Assembly: GCA_964489065.1 (NCBI GenBank) | Contig: CAZAXH010000007.1 | Span: 74,672-138,671, forward strand | DNA length: 64,000 bases | Reading direction: 5' to 3' | Source of the DNA: an uncultured Planctomycetales bacterium | GTDB lineage: Bacteria > Omnitrophota > Gorgyraeia > Zapsychrales > JANLHA01 | Shown here: positions 28,331-38,156 of the stretch, piece after piece | Position numbering within the stretch: position 1 is the stretch's first letter | Layout of the letters: every line of letters begins with the position of its first letter | Made by a program: the position numbers and the translations under genes | The notes under the pieces: model-generated | The model's input: the letters and a program-made list of their open reading frames with translations, nothing else | Told to the model about the DNA's origin: nothing | The model's database searches: none

Positions 28331-30253
28331 ATGAAAACATCTCACCGTCCGTTGGCAGATTCCGTTGAAATCCTGCATTCTTTCTTTTCGGCGGTTTTCC
28401 TTCCCTTTATTCTGGAAATCCCGGTCATCAGCCTTTTTTTCGGCACACAATCCTTAAAATTTCTCCTCCCGTTTATTTTTATGATTCTTTTGCCGGTTAA
28501 AATCGCCCTGTTTGCCGGGATATACGGCAGCCTGTCTATTCTGGCGTCGCAGCAAGAATATATCTTGACCGGCCCGCTTTTCCGGAGCCAAATCAAAAAA
28601 TTTTGGGGCCCTTATGCAGTCGTGCAATTTTTTCTGTTTCTCTTTCAGTTTGTTTCTTTCCTGGTCCGACCTTCCCTGGATTATACCTACTGGAACATCA
28701 TTCTGGAACCGGTCGCCGTCATGCTCTTTTGCATCTACATCCTCAAACGCAGTCACTTTGCCGGGGAAGCCGGTCCCCTCTTCAAGGTCAGGATTTCTCC
28801 CCGTTCCGCGATGCTGTTGGTGGGGCTCGTAGCCATGCAGATATTTTGTCAATTATTATTGAAACAGGGGAAACCGACGACGCCCCTGCCGGCGCTGGGG
28901 CTCTTGCTGGCCACGAAATATATTCACGCCGTCATGGTCATTTTCTTTAACCTGATTATATTCCAAGAGAGTTCCTACCACGTCCGACACCCTCAACCCC
29001 AAAAAGAACTCTTGCTGATCAACCCTTTAGGAGGAGGATCTATCCTCGAACTCTTAACATCCGTCATCCTGCGGTTTTACCCTCCGGTCTTTGTCGTTCT
29101 CTCGGCCCTGACTCCGGATGATTATACCGTCCGGAGTTTCTCAAGGGTTTTCTGGCGGTCCCGGTATGTCCGTCCAGGGCGGCTGGTGGCCATCACCTGT
29201 TTTACGAGCAACTGTTTTGAAGCGTACAAAATCGCCAAAGAATTCCGGAGGGCCGGATCCACCGTTATCATGGGGGGGCCCCATGTTTCCTTCGTCCCGC
29301 AGGAGGCCATGGAATTCTGCGACAGTGTCGTTGTCGGCGAGGTGGAAGGCATCTGGCCGGAAGTCGTCAGAGACTATGAAAATAACCGCCTTCAAAAAAT
29401 TTATGAAAGCCGCCCCGCGGACGAAACGGTTTACGAAACAATTTATCAAAAACTCCTCAACTCCCCTCCGGAAATCATCTACAACTATCTGGAAGCCAGC
29501 CACGGCTGTAAATTCCGCTGCTCTTTCTGCTGCGTCTCCGCCCTCTGCCAGGGCCGCGTGGGGCACAAAACGGTCGAACAGGTCACCGCCCTGATCAAAA
29601 AACTGCAAACAAAATACAAGATCATTGCTTTTCTTGACAACAACATCTATTCTGACCCGGCGTATGCCAAACAGTTGTTCACGGCCATGAAGCCCCTAAA
29701 AATCAAATGGATGGCCAATTGCAGCATCGATATCGCCGCCAATGAACCCATTTTAAAACTCGCCCGGGAAAGCGGGTGCCAGGCCCTGCTCGTTGGGTAC
29801 GAGATCAGCACCTATTCCTTCGAAAAAAAGCAGGGCGAAAAATTCGCTCTGGCCGAAAAGTATGTGGAATTGACGCGAAAAATCCAAAAGACGGGAATCC
29901 GCGTGGAAGGGCACTTCATTATCGGGTTTGATTCAGACCGGCCGCAAGATATCCTCAAATACTGGCAATGCTGCTTCCGGATTTTCCCCCAATGGACCAG
30001 CCTGTCGGTTCTAACACCCCTGCCGGGCACCAGGCTTTACCGGGACATGCTCTCCGAAGAACGTATCCTCAACCAAAATTGGAGGCACTACTCCTGCTAT
30101 TGGCCGGTGTTCCAGGCCAAACATTTCTCCCACACATTGTTGAGCTGGCTCCACCCGGTCCTCTTTTTTATTTTTCTCTTTACCACCTGCCGGGCGGGAG
30201 TGATCCTTCTTATCGTGCTGATCGCCACGGTTCTGGGAAGCCTGCTTCTCTAA
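28331..30253 (+). CDS. membrane-anchored B12-binding (class B) radical SAM enzyme, paralog 1
   Basis: ~200-aa 6-TM N-terminus; B12-binding region (..VAITCFTSN..IMGGPHVSF..); CKFRCSFC = CxxxCxxC; C-terminal TM. Confidence 0.8.
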   Translation: MKTSHRPLADSVEILHSFFSAVFLPFILEIPVISLFFGTQSLKFLLPFIFMILLPVKIALFAGIYGSLSILASQQEYILTGPLFRSQIKKFWGPYAVVQFFLFLFQFVSFLVRPSLDYTYWNIILEPVAVMLFCIYILKRSHFAGEAGPLFKVRISPRSAMLLVGLVAMQIFCQLLLKQGKPTTPLPALGLLLATKYIHAVMVIFFNLIIFQESSYHVRHPQPQKELLLINPLGGGSILELLTSVILRFYPPVFVVLSALTPDDYTVRSFSRVFWRSRYVRPGRLVAITCFTSNCFEAYKIAKEFRRAGSTVIMGGPHVSFVPQEAMEFCDSVVVGEVEGIWPEVVRDYENNRLQKIYESRPADETVYETIYQKLLNSPPEIIYNYLEASHGCKFRCSFCCVSALCQGRVGHKTVEQVTALIKKLQTKYKIIAFLDNNIYSDPAYAKQLFTAMKPLKIKWMANCSIDIAANEPILKLARESGCQALLVGYEISTYSFEKKQGEKFALAEKYVELTRKIQKTGIRVEGHFIIGFDSDRPQDILKYWQCCFRIFPQWTSLSVLTPLPGTRLYRDMLSEERILNQNWRHYSCYWPVFQAKHFSHTLLSWLHPVLFFIFLFTTCRAGVILLIVLIATVLGSLLL

Positions 30254-30882
30254 CCTGCCAAATGCGGTGACAGAGGCCGCTGTTGCCTTAAGCGGATCCC
30301 TTCATACACGACAGCCGTATTCAGCCCGTACTTGCAGGATAAATAGACCACACAAAAAACCAGTATACTGCGACCGACATCGGGCCAAGGCAATAAATAG
30401 CCGGCCAGGAACAATTTTCGCAGGCAATTATCCGACATGGATATCGCATCCACGAGAGACAGGATCCCGTAACGGCGGGACAACTGCTCGGCTATCTGAA
30501 AAAGACTCATCATCCGGAAATCTTCGGGAGAGAAATGATTTTTGAGCAAGAGAGAAGCCAAAAATACCAGGCGCTGTTTTTGAAGGTATCCGATGTATTG
30601 AAAAGCAATAAACAATCCTACAGCCAACAGAAACGGGAAAGGATTTCGGGTGACCCAAGAGAGGGCCGCAAAAACAATGGCTCCCAGGAAGACCGCATCA
30701 GCGGCCCGGCTCCAGTTTCTGTAAGTCGCGTATGGTTTCGCATGGGTAGCCAGATCGCGCCTAAAGACATCCTGAATTCGGCCGGAGCCAAAAAGATAAT
30801 GAAACCAGCGTCCGGTATAAAAATCGTAACGGATCGATTTCTGCAATGTTTCAAAACTACTGATGGGCTCCAAGGTCACCAC
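30250..30882 (-). CDS. polytopic membrane protein, convergent partner of radical SAM paralog 1
   Basis: 210 aa, GTG start; shares FSPE..L[FY]QI[AG]E..SLVD block with 48505..49143. Confidence 0.45.
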   Translation of the reverse strand: MVTLEPISSFETLQKSIRYDFYTGRWFHYLFGSGRIQDVFRRDLATHAKPYATYRNWSRAADAVFLGAIVFAALSWVTRNPFPFLLAVGLFIAFQYIGYLQKQRLVFLASLLLKNHFSPEDFRMMSLFQIAEQLSRRYGILSLVDAISMSDNCLRKLFLAGYLLPWPDVGRSILVFCVVYLSCKYGLNTAVVYEGIRLRQQRPLSPHLAG

Positions 30883-30951
30883 AAGAACTCCATTTCAAAT
30901 CAGGACTCGGCCCGTTTCCCAAACGGCCGGGCCTTTTTTTCAACCAATCCC

Positions 30952-31863
30952 TTACGGGAATGTGCAACGGTATTCGCTCTTTTCTGTAATTTTCATGGAA
31001 GGTGCAGCCGCCGTTGCCGGAATCTCAACAATCTTCTGGCTATTTTCCGAATGGATCATCATCGTGTCCGGCTCTAATATCCGGATTCCGAATCCCCTGA
31101 TTTTTAGCCCGGCCTTCATGGGATCCGGGCTAAGCTTGGCGGAAGGGTTCCGGCCCCCTGTCTGGCCGGCCGTTTCCAGATCATCCGCCTCCGTGGCATA
31201 ACGGAAAACAATCTTGACGCACTCCTGATCTCCGCATCGCTGTTTACTTTCGATTTTCGTACGAACATAATACACCGCCTTCCCCCCCGTGGGGAGCGGA
31301 TATTCCCTGGCATCAATCCACGCATCCCCCAGACGCACCTCCGTACCGACCAGGCCCCCAACACGGGACTCCCACTCCGCAGCCGCCTTGCTGGAGAGCT
31401 CTTGCACCTTAATCAAATTCATGAATGACTGGACCTTCTCTGCCGGAATTTTTTCCCGGATGTCCATTTCCAGATTCTCGTATCCAGACAAGGAAACAAC
31501 TTTCCCCTGAGCGTCCGCCTCGATGGAAACAACGCTTTCCTGAATCAACTGGGTCAAAGGGTCCCGGACAACATCCCCGTTACGTTTAATCACAACAGAC
31601 ACCGGTTCCGTAACAAATAAATACCCGCCGTCCTTTGTCTTTGTTATTTTTATCTCAGACACAACCGTCCCCTCGCTGATCTGCTGCCCGGCCATCCCCA
31701 TATCCATCGTAACATGGGAATACGCTGTAGCCTGATAATGGACACCCGATGGCGGGTTAAAACGGAAACGGATCTCCCCGGCCTGAACGTCAGCGGCCCG
31801 GGCCGCCAAGGGGCAGAACTGCAAAACCAGCCAAACCCATACCACGCAATGTATTTTCTTCAC
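30952..31863 (-). CDS. secreted hypothetical protein
   Basis: Signal peptide MKKIHCVVWVWLVLQFCPLAARA; no recognisable domain. Confidence 0.4.
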   Translation of the reverse strand: MKKIHCVVWVWLVLQFCPLAARAADVQAGEIRFRFNPPSGVHYQATAYSHVTMDMGMAGQQISEGTVVSEIKITKTKDGGYLFVTEPVSVVIKRNGDVVRDPLTQLIQESVVSIEADAQGKVVSLSGYENLEMDIREKIPAEKVQSFMNLIKVQELSSKAAAEWESRVGGLVGTEVRLGDAWIDAREYPLPTGGKAVYYVRTKIESKQRCGDQECVKIVFRYATEADDLETAGQTGGRNPSAKLSPDPMKAGLKIRGFGIRILEPDTMMIHSENSQKIVEIPATAAAPSMKITEKSEYRCTFP

Positions 31864-31918
31864 AACTCGCCGTCCTCTATTTCTTAAAAACGAATCGCTC
31901 GCTTCCCTGCCGTCCCGC

Positions 31919-32977
31919 CTATAACCACTTTTTGTTCTTAAAATATATGATCATACCCACCGCCATACCGGCCATCAGGCCCAAGACTCCGCCATACCCC
32001 CACCGCCAGCTCAATTCCGGCATATATTTAAAATTCATCCCATACACCCCGGCCACAAACGTCAGCGGGATAAAAATCGCGGAGAACATGGTTAACACCT
32101 TCATAATTTCATTCAGGCGGTTGCTGATACGGGACAGATAAATATCATGCATGCCTGTTATCATATCCCGGAAAGACTCAATCGATTCGATCACCTGGAT
32201 CGTGTGGTCGTAAAGATCGCGGAGATAAACCTGCGTGGAGGCCGTAACCAAAGAAGATTCGTTCCTTTGGAGTCCGCTGATCACTTCCCGCAGCGGCCAA
32301 ACCTGTTTTTTTAAATAAATGATCTCTTTCTTGAACTGATGCATATCCTGCAAAATATCAGGGCCCGATTCATCCAGGATAGCATCCTCCAGGTTTTCCA
32401 AAGCTTCCTCGCGCTTTTCCAGGATCAGGAAATAATTATCAACAATGGCGTCCAGCAGACAATACGCCAAATAGTCGGCGCCCCCTCCCCGGATTCTCCC
32501 CTTGCCTTCCCTGATTCGCGTGCGGATCGAGTCAAACACGTCTCCCGGTTTTTCCTGAAAAGAAATGACATACCCGGGGCCCAAAAGCAGGCTGACCTGT
32601 TCGTCAACGATGTCAGCCGTCCCGCCCTGAAAATAAATCATTTTCAACACGATAAAAATATACTGGTCATACGCCTCCATCTTGGGCCGCTGCCCGCTGT
32701 GCACAATATCTTCGGAGACCAAAGGATGAATTTGAAAATGTTCATTCAGGCTTTGAATAAGGAAGGGATCGATGCCTTCCAGATTAATCCAGGTAATAGA
32801 CGGAGACGCCTTAAACGGAAAGCATTCCTCCACATTCCGGACCTGCTTTTCCTGGCAATGGTGAGGGCTATAATCAATTAAGGTGATCTCGACATCCCGC
32901 GGAACCGCGCCGTTCGCCACAATCGTACCCGGTGGCAACCCGATGTTTTTGGACTTTTTATAAATAGCTCGCCGCAT
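31919..32977 (-). CDS. corA: magnesium/cobalt transporter CorA
   Basis: Two C-terminal TMs with YGMNF (GMN) signature. Confidence 0.85.
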   Translation of the reverse strand: MRRAIYKKSKNIGLPPGTIVANGAVPRDVEITLIDYSPHHCQEKQVRNVEECFPFKASPSITWINLEGIDPFLIQSLNEHFQIHPLVSEDIVHSGQRPKMEAYDQYIFIVLKMIYFQGGTADIVDEQVSLLLGPGYVISFQEKPGDVFDSIRTRIREGKGRIRGGGADYLAYCLLDAIVDNYFLILEKREEALENLEDAILDESGPDILQDMHQFKKEIIYLKKQVWPLREVISGLQRNESSLVTASTQVYLRDLYDHTIQVIESIESFRDMITGMHDIYLSRISNRLNEIMKVLTMFSAIFIPLTFVAGVYGMNFKYMPELSWRWGYGGVLGLMAGMAVGMIIYFKNKKWL

Positions 32978-33022
32978 CTTATCCCTCCTGGGCTACTGCT
33001 GTTCGTGCTGCGGATCGGCCTT

Positions 33023-33643
33023 TTATATCCGCAACAACCTGACGCAATCAAAATACAGCACGCCTCGCCCGACACTCTTCGGTTCCCATTGAAAACTTTT
33101 AACCGGGAAGTCCAGGGTCTTATTCCCGTCCGCTGACTGCGGCTGCCAGTCTGCCCGGGCTTTAAACTGCGAGAACGGGATCACAATCTCCTTCCAGCCG
33201 GTAAAATCATCCTGGATCAAATAACGGTGCAGTTCTCCTCCGGCGTCTTTAATGTCAAAAGCAACGGTCCCGGTCTGATTCCCATACATTTGAAACCCGA
33301 TCGCATTGTACCGGTCCCAGCCAATCTTCTGGAAATCTTTTTCCCAGACGGCGTTTAAAACATCCAGCCCATACCCCCGTGCGCACCACATATACCCCCC
33401 GGCTTCCAGGGCATATTGCATTTTAAGCGCCTGAGTGCCGCAAAATTTTATATCCGAAGACGCTGCCACCTCCAACTGGGAATTATCCGCAGCACCGTAA
33501 TCAACTGTCTTGTGATTAAGCGGCCCCTCAAAACTGTCCAGCATCAAAGAGTTGCCCCCCCCTTTTAAAACCAGCGCACCATAAACCAACGCACTTATGC
33601 CCGCTAAAACAGCCATCACAACGAAAACCCCTTTTCTCTTCAC
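33023..33643 (-). CDS. secreted/anchored carbohydrate-binding-module-like protein (hypothetical)
   Basis: Start revised to GTG 33643 (AAGGAG RBS); N-terminal anchor; beta-sandwich-like W/Y-rich sequence. Confidence 0.35.
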   Translation of the reverse strand: MKRKGVFVVMAVLAGISALVYGALVLKGGGNSLMLDSFEGPLNHKTVDYGAADNSQLEVAASSDIKFCGTQALKMQYALEAGGYMWCARGYGLDVLNAVWEKDFQKIGWDRYNAIGFQMYGNQTGTVAFDIKDAGGELHRYLIQDDFTGWKEIVIPFSQFKARADWQPQSADGNKTLDFPVKSFQWEPKSVGRGVLYFDCVRLLRI

Positions 33644-33784
33644 AGCCTGACTCCTTTCATAAAGCGGGAAGCAGCGAGAATCGTATTCCGCCGCCATCCC
33701 GAATTTCACGGCCTTTACCGTTGAGATTCATAAGTGCGGTCGGGGGCAGCCCCCAGGAGCAGAAACTCCCTCCGCGATCCCTGC

Positions 33785-35890
33785 TTAGTCTAAGGATAAA
33801 GGCATTTTTTTATAAACCTGCAAAGCGTCCTCATAAAACTGGGTGGCGGCCAGGCCGTCCTGACGAAGCCCCCGCAAAAAAAGCTCAAATTTCCTTATAA
33901 CCGTTCTCGTCAAAACCCGCTCTTCGAGAGACAAAACAGTGTCTTCCGAAAAACGGCCCCCCAGCCGCATCAGGGCATCATGCGATTTCTTAAAATTCCG
34001 CTGATCCTCGACATAAAGCCAGGCCAGGTCCATATAGGCATTCGCCAGCTGACACCTCTCGTTCACAGACAGGACAGGGAGTTTTTCCATAATATGAACC
34101 GCCTGTTCATAACTCTGAATGGCCGGCTGGATGCTCCCCCGGATTTTATGCCCCCGGGCAGTCCCGGCCAAAAGACGGGCACGGATGCGCAGTAACTCGT
34201 CAGGATCCTGATTCGAGATAAGCCCAAGCCCCCTCTGATACAGGTCCATGCTCAAGGAAAAACCGCGGCTATCCTGCCATCCCGCCAAAGGGGTGATGTC
34301 GGTCGGAGGGGCGAAAAGGACGGAGGAGATAAATTCTTCCAGCAGGACATCCGCGCTCTCGGCATAATACTCGGCGGCTGTTTTTTTATTTTCAGAGGCA
34401 TGAGCATCGGCCCATTCCACCAGAGCCGTTGTGTAAAGAATCGACAAACGGTACTGCCGAAGGGATGCATACGTATGAACCAGAAAACGAAAATATTCGA
34501 GTTTCTCCGAGACGTCGTCCCCTAACGGCTGTTCCATCCGAAAAGCCAGCAACTGATTAACCCGGGAAATGGGCGGCCAAAGAACCGCCCGCATATCCTC
34601 CCGCGTCACGACAGGGCGGGCAACCGGACCCGGGCTGGGAGGAACCGGGGCGACGACCCCTGTCGTTCCAGACGGCAAAGTCGCCCGGGAAAAACGTTTT
34701 CGGAAAAAATTTTCCGTCATCGCCAGGGCCAATAAAACCAGCAGGCCGGCGAATACATAAAGTGCGACCGGCCTTTTACCCGGCATCAGGGCGGTCGCCA
34801 GATCATCCAAAGCCGTATGAGAAGATTCCCTGGGGACAAGGTGCGCCGAAGGGTCTCCATAGAGGACATAGGTGGCCCAGAAAATCATACCCTCCCCCGC
34901 GGACTCAAGCAGTTTCAACCGGGCCTCCCGGACAGCCGCGCCAACGGATTTCCCCCGGCTGATCTGTAGATAAAACTCCCGGGAAAATTGAGCAGCCACA
35001 TGGTCCGGGACTTCTAACAATGTCCCCAAAAAATGCTTAACCCCCGCATATAAAAAGGCGTTAGCGATACTGCAGAACGCCCGCTCCGTATCGGCAATGA
35101 CCATCTTAGAAGGCGCAACGCCGGCGGACTGACAGGCATTGGCAAAAACCAAAAACGGCAAAGGCGCACCGCCGCGCATCTGAATAATATCGACCGCGCG
35201 CAAAATCCCGTCATCAAGCTTCCATCCGCTTTTCACCGGATCATCATAATTATATTCATTATGTCCGGCCAGATGCAGGACATCATAGTCCCGCACATTC
35301 TTAACGACATAATCCGTGGTAATGCGTTTCAGTTTCGTCGTGACGCGGAACAAACTCTCCTGTTGATCAAGGGCCTGACGGATATTAAACGCTTCGGTCC
35401 TGGCCTCCGGGAGATCCCCCACAGGATCCGCCAGGACCAGCATCTTCAAAGGCAACTCGGCTCTCCGGGGAGGCACGGGGAAAGAAGGATTTTTTGTCCG
35501 CACCGAACGCCCCAGATTGTATTTCAAAGCCAGGAAATTCTTCCCGTCATGCAGGATTTCCCATGGAATCTGGATCAGCGTTTCATCCACAAGAATCATA
35601 ATGTCCTGGATATTCTCCTCCTCTAAACGGATTTTCACCCCGTCACTTAAAAGCTGATCGAAAAGCGCCCTCCCCACCTTTTGCAATTCCACGGCGAGGC
35701 CGGAGGCCAATGTCCCCGCTTCATTACTCCGGTTCATCAAACGGACGGCATCGCCGCATAACCGCTCCACCATTATTTTATTGAGCGGGATTTCATCAAA
35801 ATGGCGCATCGTGGAACTGCTCTCGTAAAGGCTGACCGTCAGAGAGGTCCGCGTCAGGATGACTTCTAAAATATGCGTAACGTTGATCAT
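33785..35890 (-). CDS. CHAT-domain (caspase-like) protease with C-terminal TM and TPR-like helical region
   Basis: ..VLHLAGHNEY.. and ..LVFANACQSA.. = His/Cys dyad of the CHAT domain; ATGA start overlap with anti-sigma gene. Confidence 0.6.
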   Translation of the reverse strand: MINVTHILEVILTRTSLTVSLYESSSTMRHFDEIPLNKIMVERLCGDAVRLMNRSNEAGTLASGLAVELQKVGRALFDQLLSDGVKIRLEEENIQDIMILVDETLIQIPWEILHDGKNFLALKYNLGRSVRTKNPSFPVPPRRAELPLKMLVLADPVGDLPEARTEAFNIRQALDQQESLFRVTTKLKRITTDYVVKNVRDYDVLHLAGHNEYNYDDPVKSGWKLDDGILRAVDIIQMRGGAPLPFLVFANACQSAGVAPSKMVIADTERAFCSIANAFLYAGVKHFLGTLLEVPDHVAAQFSREFYLQISRGKSVGAAVREARLKLLESAGEGMIFWATYVLYGDPSAHLVPRESSHTALDDLATALMPGKRPVALYVFAGLLVLLALAMTENFFRKRFSRATLPSGTTGVVAPVPPSPGPVARPVVTREDMRAVLWPPISRVNQLLAFRMEQPLGDDVSEKLEYFRFLVHTYASLRQYRLSILYTTALVEWADAHASENKKTAAEYYAESADVLLEEFISSVLFAPPTDITPLAGWQDSRGFSLSMDLYQRGLGLISNQDPDELLRIRARLLAGTARGHKIRGSIQPAIQSYEQAVHIMEKLPVLSVNERCQLANAYMDLAWLYVEDQRNFKKSHDALMRLGGRFSEDTVLSLEERVLTRTVIRKFELFLRGLRQDGLAATQFYEDALQVYKKMPLSLD

Positions 35891-36564
35891 GAAGAGCTTT
35901 CCAGCCAGAGATCAATCCCGGCTCGCGGCAAGGTGTTTTCTGCAATGATAATTTTATATTTCCCGGGGGTCATCCCTTCAAACATGACGCTCTCTCCCGC
36001 GCAATCCTTATCCTCCAATTCCCCCTCCTCATCCCAAAGAGTCACCCGGAAACGTTTCGACGCAGGCCAAGCCTGGCCCGGATTCAGGGTAACCCCCAAT
36101 GTTGAACGGTTATGCTCCCCGGCTGAAAGTTCTCCCCTCACTAAAAGGTCCCCAAATTTTTTTTGAAATACGGATGTGTGGCTCGCGCCCTTCCCTCCGG
36201 CCCTCAAAACATGTCCCGGGACGATCTGCGGACCGACCAGAATCTGGCCGGTTGTTTTCACCATCCGCAACACACCACGGGCGACAACCGCAACGACAAA
36301 AAGGACTCCGGGCCGGAGGCCCTGATGAACAAGGGTTTGGGCCGTTCGGGAAAGGCCCTCCGGGAGGGGAACAAACCCCTCCTTGTCCTGGAGCCGTTGA
36401 ATATCCATGACGGCACGCACATCTTCACGCAGACGGGTATCCCCGGCCATCAAGTTTTCCATCCTGTCCTTCTCTGCGGGTGACAGAAGACCCTGGGCAT
36501 AAGCGGCGATCCATTCATCGCCCACCCTGGCCCTTCTGTCGAAAGACTTATCTCTCACGGACAC
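35887..36564 (-). CDS. anti-sigma factor (membrane-spanning), cognate to upstream ECF sigma
   Basis: N-terminal anti-sigma-like helix (..WIAAYAQGLLSPAEKDRMENLMAGD..), central TM (VLFVVAVVARGVL), periplasmic tail. Confidence 0.5.
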   Translation of the reverse strand: MSVRDKSFDRRARVGDEWIAAYAQGLLSPAEKDRMENLMAGDTRLREDVRAVMDIQRLQDKEGFVPLPEGLSRTAQTLVHQGLRPGVLFVVAVVARGVLRMVKTTGQILVGPQIVPGHVLRAGGKGASHTSVFQKKFGDLLVRGELSAGEHNRSTLGVTLNPGQAWPASKRFRVTLWDEEGELEDKDCAGESVMFEGMTPGKYKIIIAENTLPRAGIDLWLESSS

Positions 36565-36586
36565 ATCCCTTCCTTCTCCTCCCCGG

Positions 36587-37192
36587 TCAATACATCAGGC
36601 TCTTGTCTTCGGCCATCCGTTTCATTTTTTTCAAAAGCCTCTGTTTACGGACGTAAAAACACGGCACGGAAATACCCAGCAAGCCGGCGATCTCCCTGGG
36701 TTTCATATTATCAGAAAAAAACATACGGTATAAATTGCGTTCCTCCTCACTCAAATCCGCCAAAAGAAGTTGCGCCGCCTCTTTTGAAAAAAAGCAGTCC
36801 CACCTCCGCCTGAAAACTTCTGCCGAAAGGGCGTCCAGAATTTCGGCGTTTTTAATCGGTTCAATCCGGTGGCTATACAGACCAGAAAAACGGCGGTGAC
36901 GGGTTCGCAGGAAATCGATGGTCTTCCGGATCACAACCGTCCTGAGATAATGGCGCAAGTGACAGCCGTTGCGTCCTTCATAAGCCCTGAGAATCGCATA
37001 ATCATTTTCCAGCAGGCAGAGGAAAAAATCATGATACAAATCCGAGAAGACTTCCGAAGAATCCTGATAAGCAAACCGGCGGAACGTCCGGAGGATGGAG
37101 TCGTAAATGAGGGGCGAAAACTGTTCGATAAAAATATCCCAACTTTGTTTGTCCCCCGAAAGACATTTCTTTAAAAGAGTATGATCGTCCAT
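36587..37192 (-). CDS. ECF (sigma-70 family) RNA polymerase sigma factor
   Basis: Region 2 (..FFLCLLEN..) and region 4 HTH (..REIAGLLGISVPCFYVRKQRLLKKM..). Confidence 0.85.
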   Translation of the reverse strand: MDDHTLLKKCLSGDKQSWDIFIEQFSPLIYDSILRTFRRFAYQDSSEVFSDLYHDFFLCLLENDYAILRAYEGRNGCHLRHYLRTVVIRKTIDFLRTRHRRFSGLYSHRIEPIKNAEILDALSAEVFRRRWDCFFSKEAAQLLLADLSEEERNLYRMFFSDNMKPREIAGLLGISVPCFYVRKQRLLKKMKRMAEDKSLMY

Positions 37193-37201
37193 CGGACCGG
37201 A

Positions 37202-38020
37202 TTACTTTTTCAAGGCTTCGTCCATTTCACGCAAATCATAAAATGTTTGCACATGATGTTCAGCCTGCATAAGCATATAATCAAGAACCAAATCATGACG
37301 GCCCGCGTAAACAGACACGCACGGCTCCTCCACCTCGTTCTGCGTTAACGGGTCATATTGACACGCAACATATCCTTCGGCTTCCAGGCAGGCGGTATCT
37401 TGCTCTTCCCCGTCTGGCGAGGCAACCTGAATATCGTCATAATAATAAATGCCGTTCCAATAGTTAAAGAATTCAATTTTATCCACCCGGGAAAGGTCAA
37501 AATCTTTGGGGAGCTGGCTGAATAAAATCATCAATTGGGTCCACTCTCCCGGTAAGGCTTTGTCAAGAGTCCAAATCCCGATCCCCTGTTCATGGTACAA
37601 ACCGTGATCAAAAAACTTTACCATCACTGTGTGGGCCCCGGGATGCATGGGTTCGGACCATATCCAGAATGTAAGACGGTCAAAACAAGCCGGGATAAAG
37701 TTCACATTATACGTCTGCGTCATGGACGCCACGCCGGTCCCTGATTGCAGAGCTTCTGCATCGGGGATGGCGACCCGCCAGGAATACTGACCGGAATGAA
37801 CCGGGTGCCCCTCCTGGGTCAAGGCCGCAGATGCCTCCCCAAAAGCCCAGCCATATTCCGGGATATCGGTATCAGAAGAGGTTTGGGGAGGAGTCCCGTT
37901 GGCTGGCTCGAAATCCTGGTACATCATCGAGGCCAAGGCATGCGACTGAATACACCCAACAATAATCAGGGGCAGCAAGACTGGGAAGACCCTATTTTTG
38001 TTAACACAAATTTGGAACAT
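37202..38020 (-). CDS. secreted hypothetical protein (first gene of ECF operon)
   Basis: N-terminal signal/anchor; W/Y-rich; no domain recognised. Confidence 0.35.
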   Translation of the reverse strand: MFQICVNKNRVFPVLLPLIIVGCIQSHALASMMYQDFEPANGTPPQTSSDTDIPEYGWAFGEASAALTQEGHPVHSGQYSWRVAIPDAEALQSGTGVASMTQTYNVNFIPACFDRLTFWIWSEPMHPGAHTVMVKFFDHGLYHEQGIGIWTLDKALPGEWTQLMILFSQLPKDFDLSRVDKIEFFNYWNGIYYYDDIQVASPDGEEQDTACLEAEGYVACQYDPLTQNEVEEPCVSVYAGRHDLVLDYMLMQAEHHVQTFYDLREMDEALKK

Positions 38021-38156
38021 TTTAAAAAATATTTTTATGATTATATAAAAATTCTTTTATTAAGTCTAAATTATAGAAATAGTTTAAACTATAAATTTCA
38101 ATTCCGGAAGCAATTTATTTAAAAACGGGATATAATTTACCAAACGGCAGAACCAT

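Noticed and set aside
33735-33750. GGGGGCAGCCCCC short hairpin after the CHAT gene
   Set aside because: The stem is only 5 bp with a 3-nt loop and no U-tract on the relevant strand. There is not enough evidence for a terminator.
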